Positions 10,979 to 24,006 of a DNA stretch of 64,000 nt are shown in pieces. Where the stretch lies: NCBI GenBank assembly GCA_034226945.1, contig CP120460.1:496001-560000 (forward strand), read 5' to 3'. Every line of letters starts with the position of its first letter. Position 1 is the stretch's first letter. Under the pieces are notes generated by a model. That model did not search any database, had not been told where the DNA came from, and was given only the letters and a program-made list of their open reading frames with translations. A program made the translations under genes and the position numbers. Source of the DNA: Picochlorum sp. SENEW3 (lineage: Eukaryota).

Positions 10979-11710
10979 ATGGGTCTGTTGGACGTATTTC
11001 GTGGGAAGAATTCCCAGCCGGAGGAACATGCTGCCTCCACATCGACGGAGGCGTTGCAATCCCATACCCAAGAGGGTGTGCCCTCTTCTTCTGGTGAAAT
11101 ATTGTCAGATGGATCGTTTGGACAGGACCCAAGTCCTCATAATGGGCTTGATTTCGGTGGTGAGCGCTTGTATAATCCATACGAAGGAATCAGTGCGGCA
11201 CTTGATCGTCGCGATGTGAAGGCTCCATTCAAGCTACCAGAGGAGCCAGAGTTTTTATTTAGTGAGGAATCGGTGATTAAGAGGCGGAGTTGGAGCGAGA
11301 ACTTGACGTATTATACAGGGGTAGGGTATCTGGCTGGAGCAGCAGGAGGAGGTGGTGTTGGAGCATACAAGGCGCTGTTGACGCCAAGTGCGATTCAGGG
11401 TGAAGGTGGGTTGCCATCGCAGAGAATTCGAGTGAATCAGTTGTTGAATACGAGTGGTAAATTGGGAAGGTCGGCAGGGAATGCCCTTGGGGTGTTGGGG
11501 CTGCTGTTTTCGTCCACAGAGAGCTTTTATTACTACATGAATGATGCGATCTTGCCGGAGGAGTTGATGACGATTGCGTCGGGAGTGACAACGGGTGCAA
11601 TTTATCGGTCTGTGAGGGGTCCTCGACAGGCTGTTGCTGCTGCGGCTGTTGGTGGTTTGGGTGGTATTCTGTTGTTGGGAGCACGGACGTTTATTAGTTC
11701 TGGGTTGTAG
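10979..11710 (+). CDS. TIM23: Mitochondrial import inner membrane translocase Tim23 (Tim17/22/23 family)
   Basis: PEFLFSEE, RSWSENLTYYTGVGYL, RVNQLLNTSG, and Gly-rich transmembrane helices. Confidence 0.88.
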   Translation: MGLLDVFRGKNSQPEEHAASTSTEALQSHTQEGVPSSSGEILSDGSFGQDPSPHNGLDFGGERLYNPYEGISAALDRRDVKAPFKLPEEPEFLFSEESVIKRRSWSENLTYYTGVGYLAGAAGGGGVGAYKALLTPSAIQGEGGLPSQRIRVNQLLNTSGKLGRSAGNALGVLGLLFSSTESFYYYMNDAILPEELMTIASGVTTGAIYRSVRGPRQAVAAAAVGGLGGILLLGARTFISSGL

Positions 11711-11738
11711 TTCTGGATTTACATGATACTACTACTCT

Positions 11739-13440
11739 TTATTTATGTAAAAGTTGTATACGATGAGAGAGGATGCGTTGCATCCAGGACTCGATTTCAG
11801 CCGTCTGTGCCTGACGGTCACTGCTGATGTGACAATGGTTCAGCAGGGTTTGATATTGTGACACGGCCTCAGCGGGGGGTAGGCCAGGAGTGTCACTGAA
11901 TTGTTTCGTAGCTGTATCGATTTCATTCCATGACGCGTTTGGATTGTTCCAGGCAAGGGCTGATTGTATTGCCCAGTGGCATACTGTGGGATTTTCATCT
12001 GCAGCATGGTGTCGATGGGTTTCCAAAGAGCGCTGTATGTGCATCATTCTGGAAAAGTGGTCCAGCTGTGGTATTGTAATATAATCATCGAAAAACTCCA
12101 AAAGGTCTTCGAGGTCTTTTCCTGCGCAGTCATCTGGCCTGGATGTTGTTCCTATGATGACCACCCTGCCTGCATGGAGTTTGCCCTTTTGATTCTGTAT
12201 CCAGGGTTTTATGGCTCGAGCGAGCACAGACATCTTGTTTTCATTATCTCGAGCCGATGATGTGATGAATACTCGCTCGATATGGCGAAAAAGCAAAATG
12301 ATTGGGGCTGGACTTGCCATGGCTGAGGAGAATGCACAATCTAGTGTCTTGCACAGATCCTTATTGAATGTTGGCGATTCCTCATCGAGCTGCAGTGATT
12401 CGATGGTCGAGAGTACATCCGTGATTTCAACATGTCCAAAGACTGAGGCTACGTCACGGATGATGTGGCGTTTTCCACAGCCACGAGGTCCTGCAAGCAT
12501 GATGGTTGATGGGGTTCCGTGCATGAAGGACATGGAAAGCTGGCAATATAATCTGTGAAATGATAGCGACGTTGTCGGGCATCCTAGATGGTTTCTCACC
12601 GTATCATGTTTTTTCTGCCTTCCTTTACGCTTCTGAGGCACTCGCTTTGGGCCCTCAAAGTCCCTGCAATGGCTCAGTATTGTCTGTGGTGATGGGGTGA
12701 TGTGTGGTGATAGAGAATTGGTTGCCTTGACGTTCTCTGGAAATGGAGCATGGGGATGTAATATGAGATGGCTGACAGTGTCAATGGTTCTCAGTATATC
12801 CGGGAGACTGCATTCATGGCATTCCCCAACAGCATCTTGTCTCTCGAGATGGTTGTGAGAATCATCTGCTCCCCGTGCCATGATAGTGTAGCCTTCGTAG
12901 GAATTAATAAGTTTCATATCAATTCCAATGCAGTGTCGAAGGAGATGACAAGGATCCACCAGTCCAGCCTGGTCTCTTGTGGAATCTTCCCAGAACTGAA
13001 CACTAGACATGGGCTCACCTGCATCTATTTCCTTCTCCTTCCATTTCTCTTCTTCTTCCTCAGAGTATTGGATTTCTTTATAACAATATAAGAAGAACTC
13101 AAAGGAGGCATGGAATGCCATTGTGGCGATACACCTTTGCCTGGCATCTGATATGGCATGTATAAGAAACTGTATCCCCTCATGGACACGCGTTGCCTGT
13201 CTGTGTGACTCTCGTGTGACTCTCCCCTGAAGATGTGTGACATACATTTTTAAAACTAATTGGTGGGTATCGAATCTGGGCACTAATGCGGCAGCAACAT
13301 ACCGTCTTTATGACGCCTTGTACAGCTACTTTGAGATCTTGTAGAAGGGAATCAAACACCTCCAGCACCGAAGAGGACAGACACTGGTTGGTAATTTCGA
13401 ATTTCATCTCTTTACATTGTGTACTAATATCATCTTTCAT
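11739..13440 (-). CDS. Divergent AAA-domain protein resembling IQCA1/DRC11; 5' exon structure uncertain
   Basis: Walker A GPRGCGK; GRVVIIGTTSRP; IPQLDHFSR. An upstream exon (about 13440-13303) encodes FDSLLQDLK and is followed by a GTATGT donor. Confidence 0.55.
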
Positions 13441-13487
13441 AATCAAATATGCTAAAGACAGGACATGGACGTTCTCATGACATACTC

Positions 13488-13523
13488 CTGAAGATGGTCA
13501 AACTGGGGTTTGACCATCTTCAG
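13488..13523. repeat. Perfect 16-bp inverted repeat with 4-nt loop
   Basis: CTGAAGATGGTCAAAC-TGGG-GTTTGACCATCTTCAG, read directly from the sequence. Confidence 0.95.
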
Positions 13524-13618
13524 TAGAGTCAAACAAAACTTGAATAATCATGAATCAATAATCAAAAGTGTCAAATCTTATCCGTCGTAATCACTTCACA
13601 AAATAACGGCGATGATAA

Positions 13619-15759
13619 TCATTTCTTAATGGCCAAATAGAAACTTGAGTACATGTTGACCTTGTCCATCATTTCTCCAGGCTCTTGGACCTGAATACGT
13701 TCTACAGAGAAGCCGGCAGCTTCAATGAATGCGGCGTATCTTGGGCTGAAGGCTGCAGACCTCCAGATAACCCTTCCTCCAGTCTTAACTTGTTCTCCTA
13801 ATGCTTTGGCGACTTGTTTCGCCGTTGTATCGTCAAGCCAGTCAACATGGTCCATCAGAATGACTTTTGTGTATTTGCGTGCTTTGAGGGTTGGGAGGAA
13901 AAAGTCGTTCACGATGAAGAGACTGTCGACCGCTCCGGCCTTCAATTTGTCGAATCCTTCTTTGGTAAGATAATCAGGACAATTGTCCTTTGCGAATGAT
14001 CCAGTCAAGCAGTTGTAGTAGAAATAGTTGTCTTTGCTAATCAGACAGTTCTGAGCAACCCCATCAAAAGTCCTTGCAGCATAATTTGACATGTGCACAC
14101 CATCTTGCTTAATCAACTGGTATTGCTTGAGCGGTACACCCGCACCAAACCAAAGGGTCACTCTATTGAAAAGAAGCAGAGCAAGAGTGTCAGAAATAAC
14201 TGAAAGAAGAGGAGCTGGCGCTGTCCTGAACAATTTGACAAGCCATGAATTGTTGAAAATTGCTTTTTGCTCCTCCAAAGTTTCTGCATGAAGCATCTTG
14301 TCCACGGCACCCTTGAGGAAGAGAACCTTGAACAAAATTTGCATGCTCCACACAACTTTTCCCATCCCTCCATGATAGTACAGTCCATCCCTGAAGTAAT
14401 ACTGTTTCGTTCTCCAGAATTTGAGGGAATTCTGGCTCAAGAATGGGGCCAATTTCTTTTCAAATAATTCAGGGAAGTTTTCATGTCTACCTTCGCCGAA
14501 CAATTTCCAAAAGTCCTCATATTCAAGGCGGCGGACCGCAACTTGTTTCAACTCCAGGAGTGCATTTTGGGCTGGATTGCAGTCCACCGAGTATACCGCC
14601 TTGACATCATCCAAGCAAAGTTTAAGACTATTGCAGCCACCAGATGTCAAGGTGAGACAAACATCACCAGGGCCAGCCCTGAGATACGGCTCATCCTTAT
14701 GAGGGTCTTCCCATGACTGAGTGTACAAGAACGTTGGAGGAAATCTTGGAGGTGCTTCAACCTTGTTCTCGATCAGCAAACTTTCCAATTTCGGCACAGT
14801 ATAAATAGCAACATAGTACGGTGCCCTGAAATATGGAACATAAGGAATGGACCCTTCATCGTTGAATTCCCACACTCTAGACAGTGAATGATCAAGGTAC
14901 TGTCTCCTCTCAGGACCAATGTCAATGTTGTCAGTATCAAAGATGCACCTCCAGAAAAACCTTCTTCCCCAGCTCATCTGCCTCATGGGAAGATCATATT
15001 TGGCTCCGGTGAAGAAGTCACAGACTCCCAACAAACCATCCTCTGGATCCAAATAGCTGACTGCACGATCCACAGCGGCATGGAAAGGAGGAATCATTGA
15101 AAGAGAATATGAAAATGTCACCAATGTTGCTTTTCCTTCATCAGGGGTAAATTCACACGCATCAGCCTCCACAACAGAGACATTCTTCCACCCATTCTCA
15201 GCCACCTTTTTCCTTGCCTGCTCGCACAAGGAACTGCAGAGGTCAACAACATAAATCTTCTTGAACTTGGACAAGTCCATATATTCTGACATCATGCTGA
15301 CATTTTCTCCTGTTCCTCCACCAAGGTCAACCCAAACCATATCATCTGTTGACGCAATGTCTTCCAATCGCGCTGCACAGGATGCCAGCAGGGGCTTTCT
15401 CCCCCACAAAAAGTTAGATCTGAATCCATCATCTGCACATCATTCATCACTCAATTAGCACAAAATGTATGCATAGATTTTCACCATAGTCTCTACGCAC
15501 ATGCATGAGCCTGTGGGCCATAAAATTGTTCCAGCCTCTCAGCATGACTCTCAGTCTTTGCCAACTTCTTGAACCATATATTCTTCAGAACAGTCAAATC
15601 ATTGTGAAGATCTCTCATCCTCTTCTTAGCATCAAAAGTAGTCTGTAAGCTCGACATCTTTTCCAAAACACTGGAACTGCGCTTCATTAAGCGTCCAGAG
15701 GACGTCCTGGTCCCCTTGTTCTTCCTCTGGCGCAAGTTTGCATCCCCTCCTTTGCCCAT
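13619..15759 (-). CDS. BTA1: Betaine lipid (DGTS) synthase, BtaB-BtaA fusion
   Basis: Exons 15759-15501 and 15432-13619. N-terminal SAM methyltransferase WVDLGGGTG; BtaA-like YTQSWEDP, LTSGGCN and ILMDHVDW. Confidence 0.93.
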
Positions 15760-16170
15760 ATTGACTCTTCTTGGGGATCAAGTAGACAGCAAAATATTTT
15801 TTAGGAATAGATCAAGTGAAATCAAAGGCTCACTTGATACGATCCGGCGCACAAAAGGTGAAAGGGCCGGTATGATCAGGTCAAGTAACAACCCGCACAA
15901 AATCGGATAATGGCGGAGTATTTGGTTGATCTACGCAATGTAAAATATCAAAACATTGAAATAATGCCACTTTGGGGGAATCCCTGTGGTTATATTGTCC
16001 ATCAGCATCAACAGCATGGAGAGATTCCTCCCCTCGCTGGTATCGACCGCTGTGAGATTCCCTTTCAACGGGGAATCTTTTTCAAAATCCTCAACAACCT
16101 GATGCTCAGCTCTGCGCTGAGTCAGCAATCATCTCTGTGGATCATTATGCGTTACATTGTCAGATACCAT

Positions 16171-19100
16171 CTATACGAGTTCATTATTGATACGCGCTTG
16201 CAATGAGACGAGCGTTTCTTTGGGCTCGGGTCTTTTGCAGGCCTGAGATGCTTTGTCAAACAGAGACAGGTGACTGTACTGCTGGTGGGAAGATGCCCCG
16301 TGGTCTAATCGGCTCGAGATAGTGGCGGCACGTGAAACAACGTCGATCGGCAATCCTGCCAATTTTGCAACATTTGCGCCGTATGATTTCGGGCAGGCAC
16401 CGGCTGTCAGTTGGTAGAGGAAGATGACGTCATCAACTCCGGATCCATCTGAAGATTCCCTGACGGTACATGCCATGTGCTTCAACGCCACGTGAGCATC
16501 ATCTTCAAATGACTCGGCCACATTGTGATAATGTGTCGCGAAGATGCCACGGCATTTAACTGTGTGTGAAAGGTACTGCAGGACGGAAGATGCTATTGAC
16601 GATCCATCCACTGTGGCTGTTCCTCTGCCCAATTCGTCCAGAGCAACGAGACTATGCTTCGTAGCTCTGTGCAATGCGGCAGCTGTTTCTGAGAGTTCAA
16701 TGAAGAATGTTGATTGTCCCAACATAATATGGTCTTTTGCTCCCATGCGTACAAATACTGCATCAACTGGAGAGAGAGCAAGGTGTTCTGCTGGTACCCA
16801 GGCGCCAATCTGTGCAGCAATTGTTGCGAGGCATACTTGCCTCATGATTGTAGACTTTCCTCCCATGTTTGGTCCTGTAAGCAACATGAATGGGGATGCT
16901 TCCCCTCCAAGATGGACATCATTGGGGACAAAACCACCTGCGCCAACCCCACTAATGCCAGCAGGATGCCTGAGTGATGTGGCTCTAAATACTGGTGCAG
17001 TATCAGGTGACGCTTCAGGGTGCTCGATGAATTCTGGACGGCACATGATACCATCGCTGCACATTGCTGCACGAGCAAGACTCATGAGAGAGTCCAGATT
17101 TGCAATGCTGTCAACTGCTGCAAGCCAGAGATCCTTGTATGATGCAAACTTTGCAGTCACATGCTGTAATATCTGAGCCTGAGCGACTTCTTTCTCCTCT
17201 ATCGCGTGGCTCATGGCGAGAGAGAGTTTTTTCAACTCGTCAGTCATGTATCTTTTGACTCCCTTTTTACCCTGGATACTCTCCCATGATGATGGTACTG
17301 AGACCGAGTCTGGTGCTTCTAGTACATATGCTTCTTTATTCAAAGACGTGAAGCGAAGTACCTTTGACCCATTTTTGATGTCGGATTGTAGGGATTCGAG
17401 ATATTTGTCCAAATCGTGCTGCGCTTTCTTGACATTGGCTTGTGCTGCATCATATGCTGCATCTGTACCCTCAGCAGGCTGAATTCTTCCAGTTTCCTCG
17501 GCCAGCTTCCAATCGACAGCATTCATCAGATTTTCTAGCGGGGTTTCGACGTCCGGAAACGATCCAGGGGCGACCAAGCTGCGAAGAAAATCAGATTGGA
17601 GTTCCAATGATGAGAAGGATTTGACTGCATCAACGGTTTTTCGTAAATCTGACAGAGTTGCAAGAATTGATTTGATCTTCTTCTTTGATACGTCTTCATA
17701 TAGGATCACCCTAGAAGATTCTCGGAGAGAGCCAACGCCTAGACCCGAGGCACATAAGCGAACGATGGCTCGCTCAATGTCCGTCACCCCAGAAAGCATC
17801 TTCCTTGCCATTCCAGCTGCTTCTTCCCCTACTTCCATGAGATCCCTGATGGCATCTTGTCGCCTGATGATGTCACGTACTTGAAAAAGCGGTCTGCAGA
17901 GCCATTCTCGGAGCCTGCGTCGACCAAAAGGTGTGACGCAGTGGTCCAAAGATCCCAGTAATGTGCCTGCAACACCACCATCTCCATTCTCGAGGATCTC
18001 CAAATTTTCCAAAGCCGCTCCATCCAAAGTCATGGTGCTAATAGTGGAAGCCACACTATCACTGCCAGATTGGTCTGTATCAGACGAGGCGCATCTTCCC
18101 AATCGCCCCAAAACGTCCTCAATACTTTGAAACTTGCTACAGCACATCACCCACTTATCGCACAAATTCCTCTTCAAACTCGCAAGCATACCACCAAGAG
18201 CAAGGCAGAGGGCTGTATACTTGTCCATCGATGATTTAATGCGTTGCAAAACTTCTGGAATTGCAGATTCTTCTTGGAAGTACTCCTCTGACTTGAGCAG
18301 TTTCCAGAACAGTGATGCTGTGTAAAAATTATCCTCATCATCTCCCACGGGCCTTTCGTCAAATAGAGGGTTTCTCAGAATTCCTTTGATGACTTTTCGA
18401 GAAGCCGCACTGAGGTGAGCGGCATCCCTAGGTATGACAACTTCCACAGGTTTCAATGCAGTCAAAACAGCTCGTAGATGAGATCTGAGCTCATCATCTT
18501 TAAACTGCCCCAAGATGACGCGAGCAGAAGCAACATCAACAGCAATAAAACCAACAGAGCAGCCTGAATCCTCTGTAGTCGAATCAACTATGCATGCCAG
18601 ATAATCACTGTCAGAGGTGGTTGAGGACTGCACCATGTCTCCATCAGTCATGGTTGCCCGACTAACAACTGCTACCTTTTCTCTCTTTACAACCGTGTCC
18701 CTTTTGAGTCCAGACTTTTTTCTCTCTGCGTTCCTAGCTGCTAGCATCTCTGGTGTCTCAACCTGCTCAACAACACTAACTCGATGTCCAGCACGGGCAA
18801 GCCTCTCAGCCATTTGAGCATAACCCACTTCAGGAAATCCAACGTGCGGTTGATCACCCTTCATGTAACTCAGACCAAGACATTCTGCACCGATGTGAGC
18901 ATCCATTTCGTACAATTCATAAAACTTTCCCACTTTGAACATCAAGACACTGTCAAAGTTCTGACTCTTGAATTCCCACCATTGCTTCTGGCCCTCGCTG
19001 ATTTTGTTTGTTTTAAACCAATTTGGAGGAATATAAAGAGTTGTCGGATCATAATTTGGATCTGAAGGACTTCTCATTTTCTTGTCCTTTATTTTATCAG

Positions 19101-19899
19101 GCTGCAAGAATGGAAAGCGTTCAGACTCCCTCTGAGAAAACTTCAGTGCTTGTTCTGGAGTCCCAACCAAAGACCCGCCCGTCATGGGAGACTCCAAAGA
19201 TGCTTTTAATTTTTCAGTATACGATGATTTTGGTGTCTTGAAATCAGAGTACGGCGTCATCTCGACTCTCCCAGCCGTGGTTGCTGCAGCTGGAGTCTTT
19301 GCAACCGGACTGGCCTTTTTCTTCTTGCTATTCCCTGCCCCAGTAGTGCGAGGCGTCTTCTTTCGGTTCTTTTCCATCTCGTCATCATCAATAATTTCTT
19401 CTTCTGCTTCCTCATCTTCATCAACAACAAAGTCATCTAGATCCATGTCTTCCTCCTCCTCATCAATGCTTGCAGCATATTCACTGCCCGAGGATGCACC
19501 CTCCTCCTCGTCATCATCACTAGATACGAGTACAGAGTTGAGATGTTTCTTCTTGTTTGCAGAGGCTCGTGCATGCCTTTGTCTGCCTACCTTGTCACTC
19601 TGAGCCTTCCTTCCACTGCCACAATCATCATCCTCCAGCGTGGTGGTGACTACCTGGCCATCGTCTCCATTCGTCTGCATTCAACACAACAAGATGAAAT
19701 ATACCATATGCGATCCGACCACATACCAGTAGCACCGTACCTGAACGACTCTTCTTGTCTCAGTATTCTGAACCACCTGGTCATCCTGATTCTCGTCATT
19801 ACTGCCAACTTTGGCTTTCGTCGTCTTGAAAAATGATTGTATTGATGTCTGTCCTGATAATCTCTTGTTGCTTTTCTTGTTAGACAGGTTCGAGGCCAT
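16171..19899 (-). CDS. MSH6: DNA mismatch repair protein MSH6
   Basis: Exons 19899-19741 and 19674-16171. PIP box QTSIQSFF, YDPTTLYIP, FKVGKFYELYEMDA, TGPNMGGKST and DELGRGT. Confidence 0.93.
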
Positions 19900-20161
19900 T
19901 GTTGTTTTGGTTTCTTGGCCACGTCGAAATTCAAAAAATCCCAATCGTCAATCTCAACACGTGGGTGCCAATATCACCTTTGAAATACACTATATATGTA
20001 TCATTGAGTCTTATCTTGGCCTAGGGTAGCACGAGGAATCTGTAGATTTCAAATGTCATGGCACCACGGTGGTGGCTCTCCGTATTTGAATGACAAATGA
20101 AACATGGCTAATTCTCCAAGTGTATTGAAGGCAGAGTATACTTCAGCCATGATAATGCAAA

Positions 20162-20998
20162 ATGAGCGAATACCATACCATTTACACTGGAGATCCATAT
20201 GAAACCACGGAGTGGGACGAGATACAGAGGAAGCATGGGAATTTGCCCCCAAAGGTATGCAGTTGTGGCACCTCTGATGTACATCTCTGGAACATCACAC
20301 CTATTACATGTATATATATTCAGGAACCAAAGCCAAAACCGCCCGATTGGGAGCCAGAAGAAGAGGACTGGAGAAAACAAAAGGGCCAAGGTGGGTTGGG
20401 AACAGAGAGGGCTCAGGAACACTTGGACGATATCGATACGCTCGATGAACTTGAAGAATTAGAAGACGAGTTTGAGGATGATAGATTCTTGGAAGAATAT
20501 AGAAGGAAGCGTATGCTTGAATTGGAGCAAGCAGCGACTGAGAAGATCAAAACAAAGCAAGAGTTGCAGCATATGTATGGCCAGGACTTTGTCAAAGAAG
20601 TGAATGAGGCAAGTGAGGACAAGTGGGTGGTTTGCCATTTATACAAGGATAGTGTTTCAGATTGTGCTATTTTGAATCAATGCCTGAGGTCACTAGCGGA
20701 GCAATATCCAGAGACAAAATGGGTCAAGATTATCAGTACAGAATGTATTCCAGGGTATAATGACGACTTTTTACCAACACTGCTCTTATACCATGAGAAA
20801 AAGTGCCAAAAGACAATCATACACGCTTTCAAGACTATGGGTGGGCAATCAGCGAGTCCTGCGCGTATTGCACTGTTTTTGAACCAGTTTGGGTCCATCT
20901 GTGGTGACTCGTCCTCTGCACGGAGAGGCCTGGTGACGGATTTGTTGGATGATACGCTGACAAAGCTTCACCTGGCGGACGAGGAGAGCGATGAATGA
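20162..20998 (+). CDS. Phosducin-like protein (PhLP2/PDCL3 type)
   Basis: In-frame 69-nt intron at 20255-20323. Motifs TEWDEIQRKHGNLPPK and DDRFLEEYRRKRMLEL, then a thioredoxin-like C-terminus (LPTLLLY). Confidence 0.88.
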   Translation: MSEYHTIYTGDPYETTEWDEIQRKHGNLPPKVCSCGTSDVHLWNITPITCIYIQEPKPKPPDWEPEEEDWRKQKGQGGLGTERAQEHLDDIDTLDELEELEDEFEDDRFLEEYRRKRMLELEQAATEKIKTKQELQHMYGQDFVKEVNEASEDKWVVCHLYKDSVSDCAILNQCLRSLAEQYPETKWVKIISTECIPGYNDDFLPTLLLYHEKKCQKTIIHAFKTMGGQSASPARIALFLNQFGSICGDSSSARRGLVTDLLDDTLTKLHLADEESDE

Positions 20999-21038
20999 TT
21001 TCAATGATTCAATATTTATTAATGTATTTCTTCTCTGA

Positions 21039-21849
21039 ATGAGCACGATCTGTAGGTGTATCCTTGTTGAACAAGGCACATGTCGTCGACATGTGTCTCC
21101 TGAGCAAGGAAACAGGAGTTCACAAGTCAACATGCCCAGCATCCATAATTGCCGATATCATGCTCATTTTTTGTTCAATACATCACGACGTCATGGCTTT
21201 CGTGCGAGAATGGCGGTCGGAGACGACTGTGGCTCTTCAACTGCTACGTTTGAACACGTCAGAAACCAAGTTCTGGTTGAAAGGTACGCTTGCCGTGTGC
21301 TATTCATTACCAACTGATATGTTTGCCCGTATTACAAGAGTGAGTAAAACATCTTTACTTGCATGCAGGGATTTGCGGCTGACATTGTCAACCATCGGTC
21401 CACTGTATAGAATAACTTGCACTGTTGAAGAACAACCTGAGGATGGTGGGGATGTTTGCACTATTCTCCTTGGGGAGACTGATGGTTTTGTTGTCCCTCC
21501 TTTGAAACTTATGCACTGTGATACGATGCGAATTTACAATAGTCGTTTGAAATCGTGCAAAACTAACAAAAGGCTGGGTTTTATGGGACTTGGACGAGTC
21601 ATGGCTCAAGCAGTGTTTGCCCATGGGCTGGAGAAGGGATGTGAGAAGGCAGAAATTCTGGCGATCAATGATGATGAGGATATGCATCGAAAACTAGTGA
21701 GGTATTATGAAAGAATGGGGTTTGAGGTAGAGTGTGAAGTCACAGGCGAGAATCTATCGGATATTTTTCATCTCTTGGTTTGGGGGGGTGTGGGCACACG
21801 AATGAATGCTGATTTACGGCAGGTTTTCCTCAAGGGCGACCAGCATTGA
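21039..21849 (+). CDS. Probable plastid-targeted GNAT-fold (acetyltransferase-like) protein
   Basis: Exons 21039-21283 and 21369-21849. GLGRVM...CEKAEILAINDD...KLVRYYERMGF. Confidence 0.6.
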
Positions 21850-22031
21850 CAGAGGATATATGTATAAACATGATTGTAAACGAGTGTATGTTACAAGTTA
21901 TCGTGTCTTTCCTTTCATCTTGGTGTCACAGCAATATAGCAGAATATACTATACTCAAAAGAAAGAAAAAAAGCATGGTTCTTTAAAGGGGGAAAAACTG
22001 TAAATGTTCTGGAACTGATTACCGGTTGAGC

Positions 22032-24006
22032 TCACACCATGATATCTGTGAGTTGAGTTTCAGTATTTCTGAATCCTTTACGTGGTACTGCGCTTGATCC
22101 TTGAAGAGTTAGACTTGAAAGCTTTGACGTTGGTGATCTGTTTGCATCAATCTGTATCACGGACATTGATTCTGACAACACTGTACTTGATGTGCTTGGC
22201 AGCGTTTCAACACTTGAGGCACTACTATGGCTTGGTGATGATGGCCTCGATTGCTCCAGCAATGCAAACTCTGGGGGACAACTCTCCACAGGCTCAATGG
22301 TGTCTCTCTGGTTCAATCGAATCACAGGCACGGTTGTCTGTCGCTGCATCACACCATGCTCTCCAGCTCTGGCGTATGTGACTGCTTTCTGCTGACCAAA
22401 GCTGATCACTTCGCGGTCCATTCGTCCACCTAAGATTCCTCCTACATCAACCATATTGAAACCAAACGCCATGAACACAAACCCTTGCACCACCATGTAT
22501 GATGAGAGTCCCCAGTGTGCCATCTGCATGAGTCCCAGTGTCCCAACAGACATGAGCATAATCCCAAACAGGAGTTCTCCTCCATAAATTCGGCACGATG
22601 GAATCATCATCGTTGTTCCAGGTCTCTTGTCTGAAGATCCAAGCTTTGTTGTGACCACCCATTCTTGGGCACGCTTGAGATCCAGCAAAGCGGTGATCAC
22701 TGCCCAGAGCTTGACCATACCCATGGCATTCTCAAAGAGCACATACAGGATTGAGTAGGCCCATCCTTTAGGAGTAAACGCTGCAGTAGTCAATGTCACT
22801 AAGATGGGCAAATGCACCAAGACCCATGTAGGGATGGTGACTTCAGGTGTAAGGATGGAGAGAGGAACAAGCGTGCAAAAGAACCCAAGGGCAACAAAAT
22901 GGGTAGCACACTTGCGGGCTCCAAAATACATGATTGTCAGTTCCAATTTTCTGAATGTACTCAAATCAGAAGACCATATATCTTTGTGCGCTTTTAACCA
23001 CAGCTGTGCGGGCCCACACGTCCAACGATGTTGCTGCTTTCGAAAGGCAAAGAATGAGGCTGGCAGCTGCACAATATAAAACCATAAAGGTAGTGCACAA
23101 CACGCAAGCGGCACGCAACTCGACAATACAACATACCTCATTTAAACATGTCACATCGTCTAAAAAGATGGCCTTCCATCCTTTCAGATAGGCTCGTAGA
23201 CTCAAATCCATATCCTCCACTGTTGTCCTACTGTTCCACCCACCAGCATCCTCAATGCAATGGACCCTCCAAATCCCTGCCGTTCCATTAAAGTTGAAGA
23301 AAGATCCTGTGGCAGAATGAACATACTGCTCGCACTTCATATGATAATTGAGACTGAGCTCCTGTGCCTTTGTCAGATACGACTCGTCAGGATTGGTGAA
23401 AACCCATCGGGTTTGGACATACCCCACATTAGGATTAGCATGAAGATGAGGAATAGTTCTCATCAAAAAGTCCGGCTCTGGTTTGAAATCTGCATCAAAA
23501 ACAGCCACATATCGATACCCTTGCCTTGAAAGAATCTCCATGCCTTCCTTCATAGCACCAGCCTTGTACCCTTGCCGATTTGTCCTCCGTAAACAGCTGA
23601 TACTCACACCCCTTTCTTTCCAAGTCAGAACTCGCTCATCCACCAACTCTCTCGTTTTTGAGTCGGTCGAATCATCCAATACTTGAATATGCAATTTAGA
23701 TTGCTCCCAATTCATCTCGCAGCAGCAATCAATAATAGCCTGACACACAGCCCGCTCATTGAACATGGGCAACTGGATCGCCACCATGGGATACTCATGA
23801 CTATCCTGTGGCAATGGCTGGAAATTCCAGCATTGCTGCGGCATTTTACCCGTCACAAACGCTTTCAATCTAATGAAAGCATACTTCAAAATGCATACCA
23901 GGCGATCCAACGACACCAGCACGGACAATGCAATAGCCACATGGACTAGGATGTTCAGCACTGCCACATACACTGGATAGTATCCTTTAAAGATGTGCTC
24001 CATCAT
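22032..24006 (-). CDS. Cellulose synthase-like GT2 glycan synthase (CslA/CslC-like, possibly mannan synthase)
   Basis: Exons 24006-23137 and 23066-22032. QLPMFNE, LDDS, GYKAGA, FDADF, TVEDMDL, QQHRW and WVVTTKLG. Confidence 0.9.
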
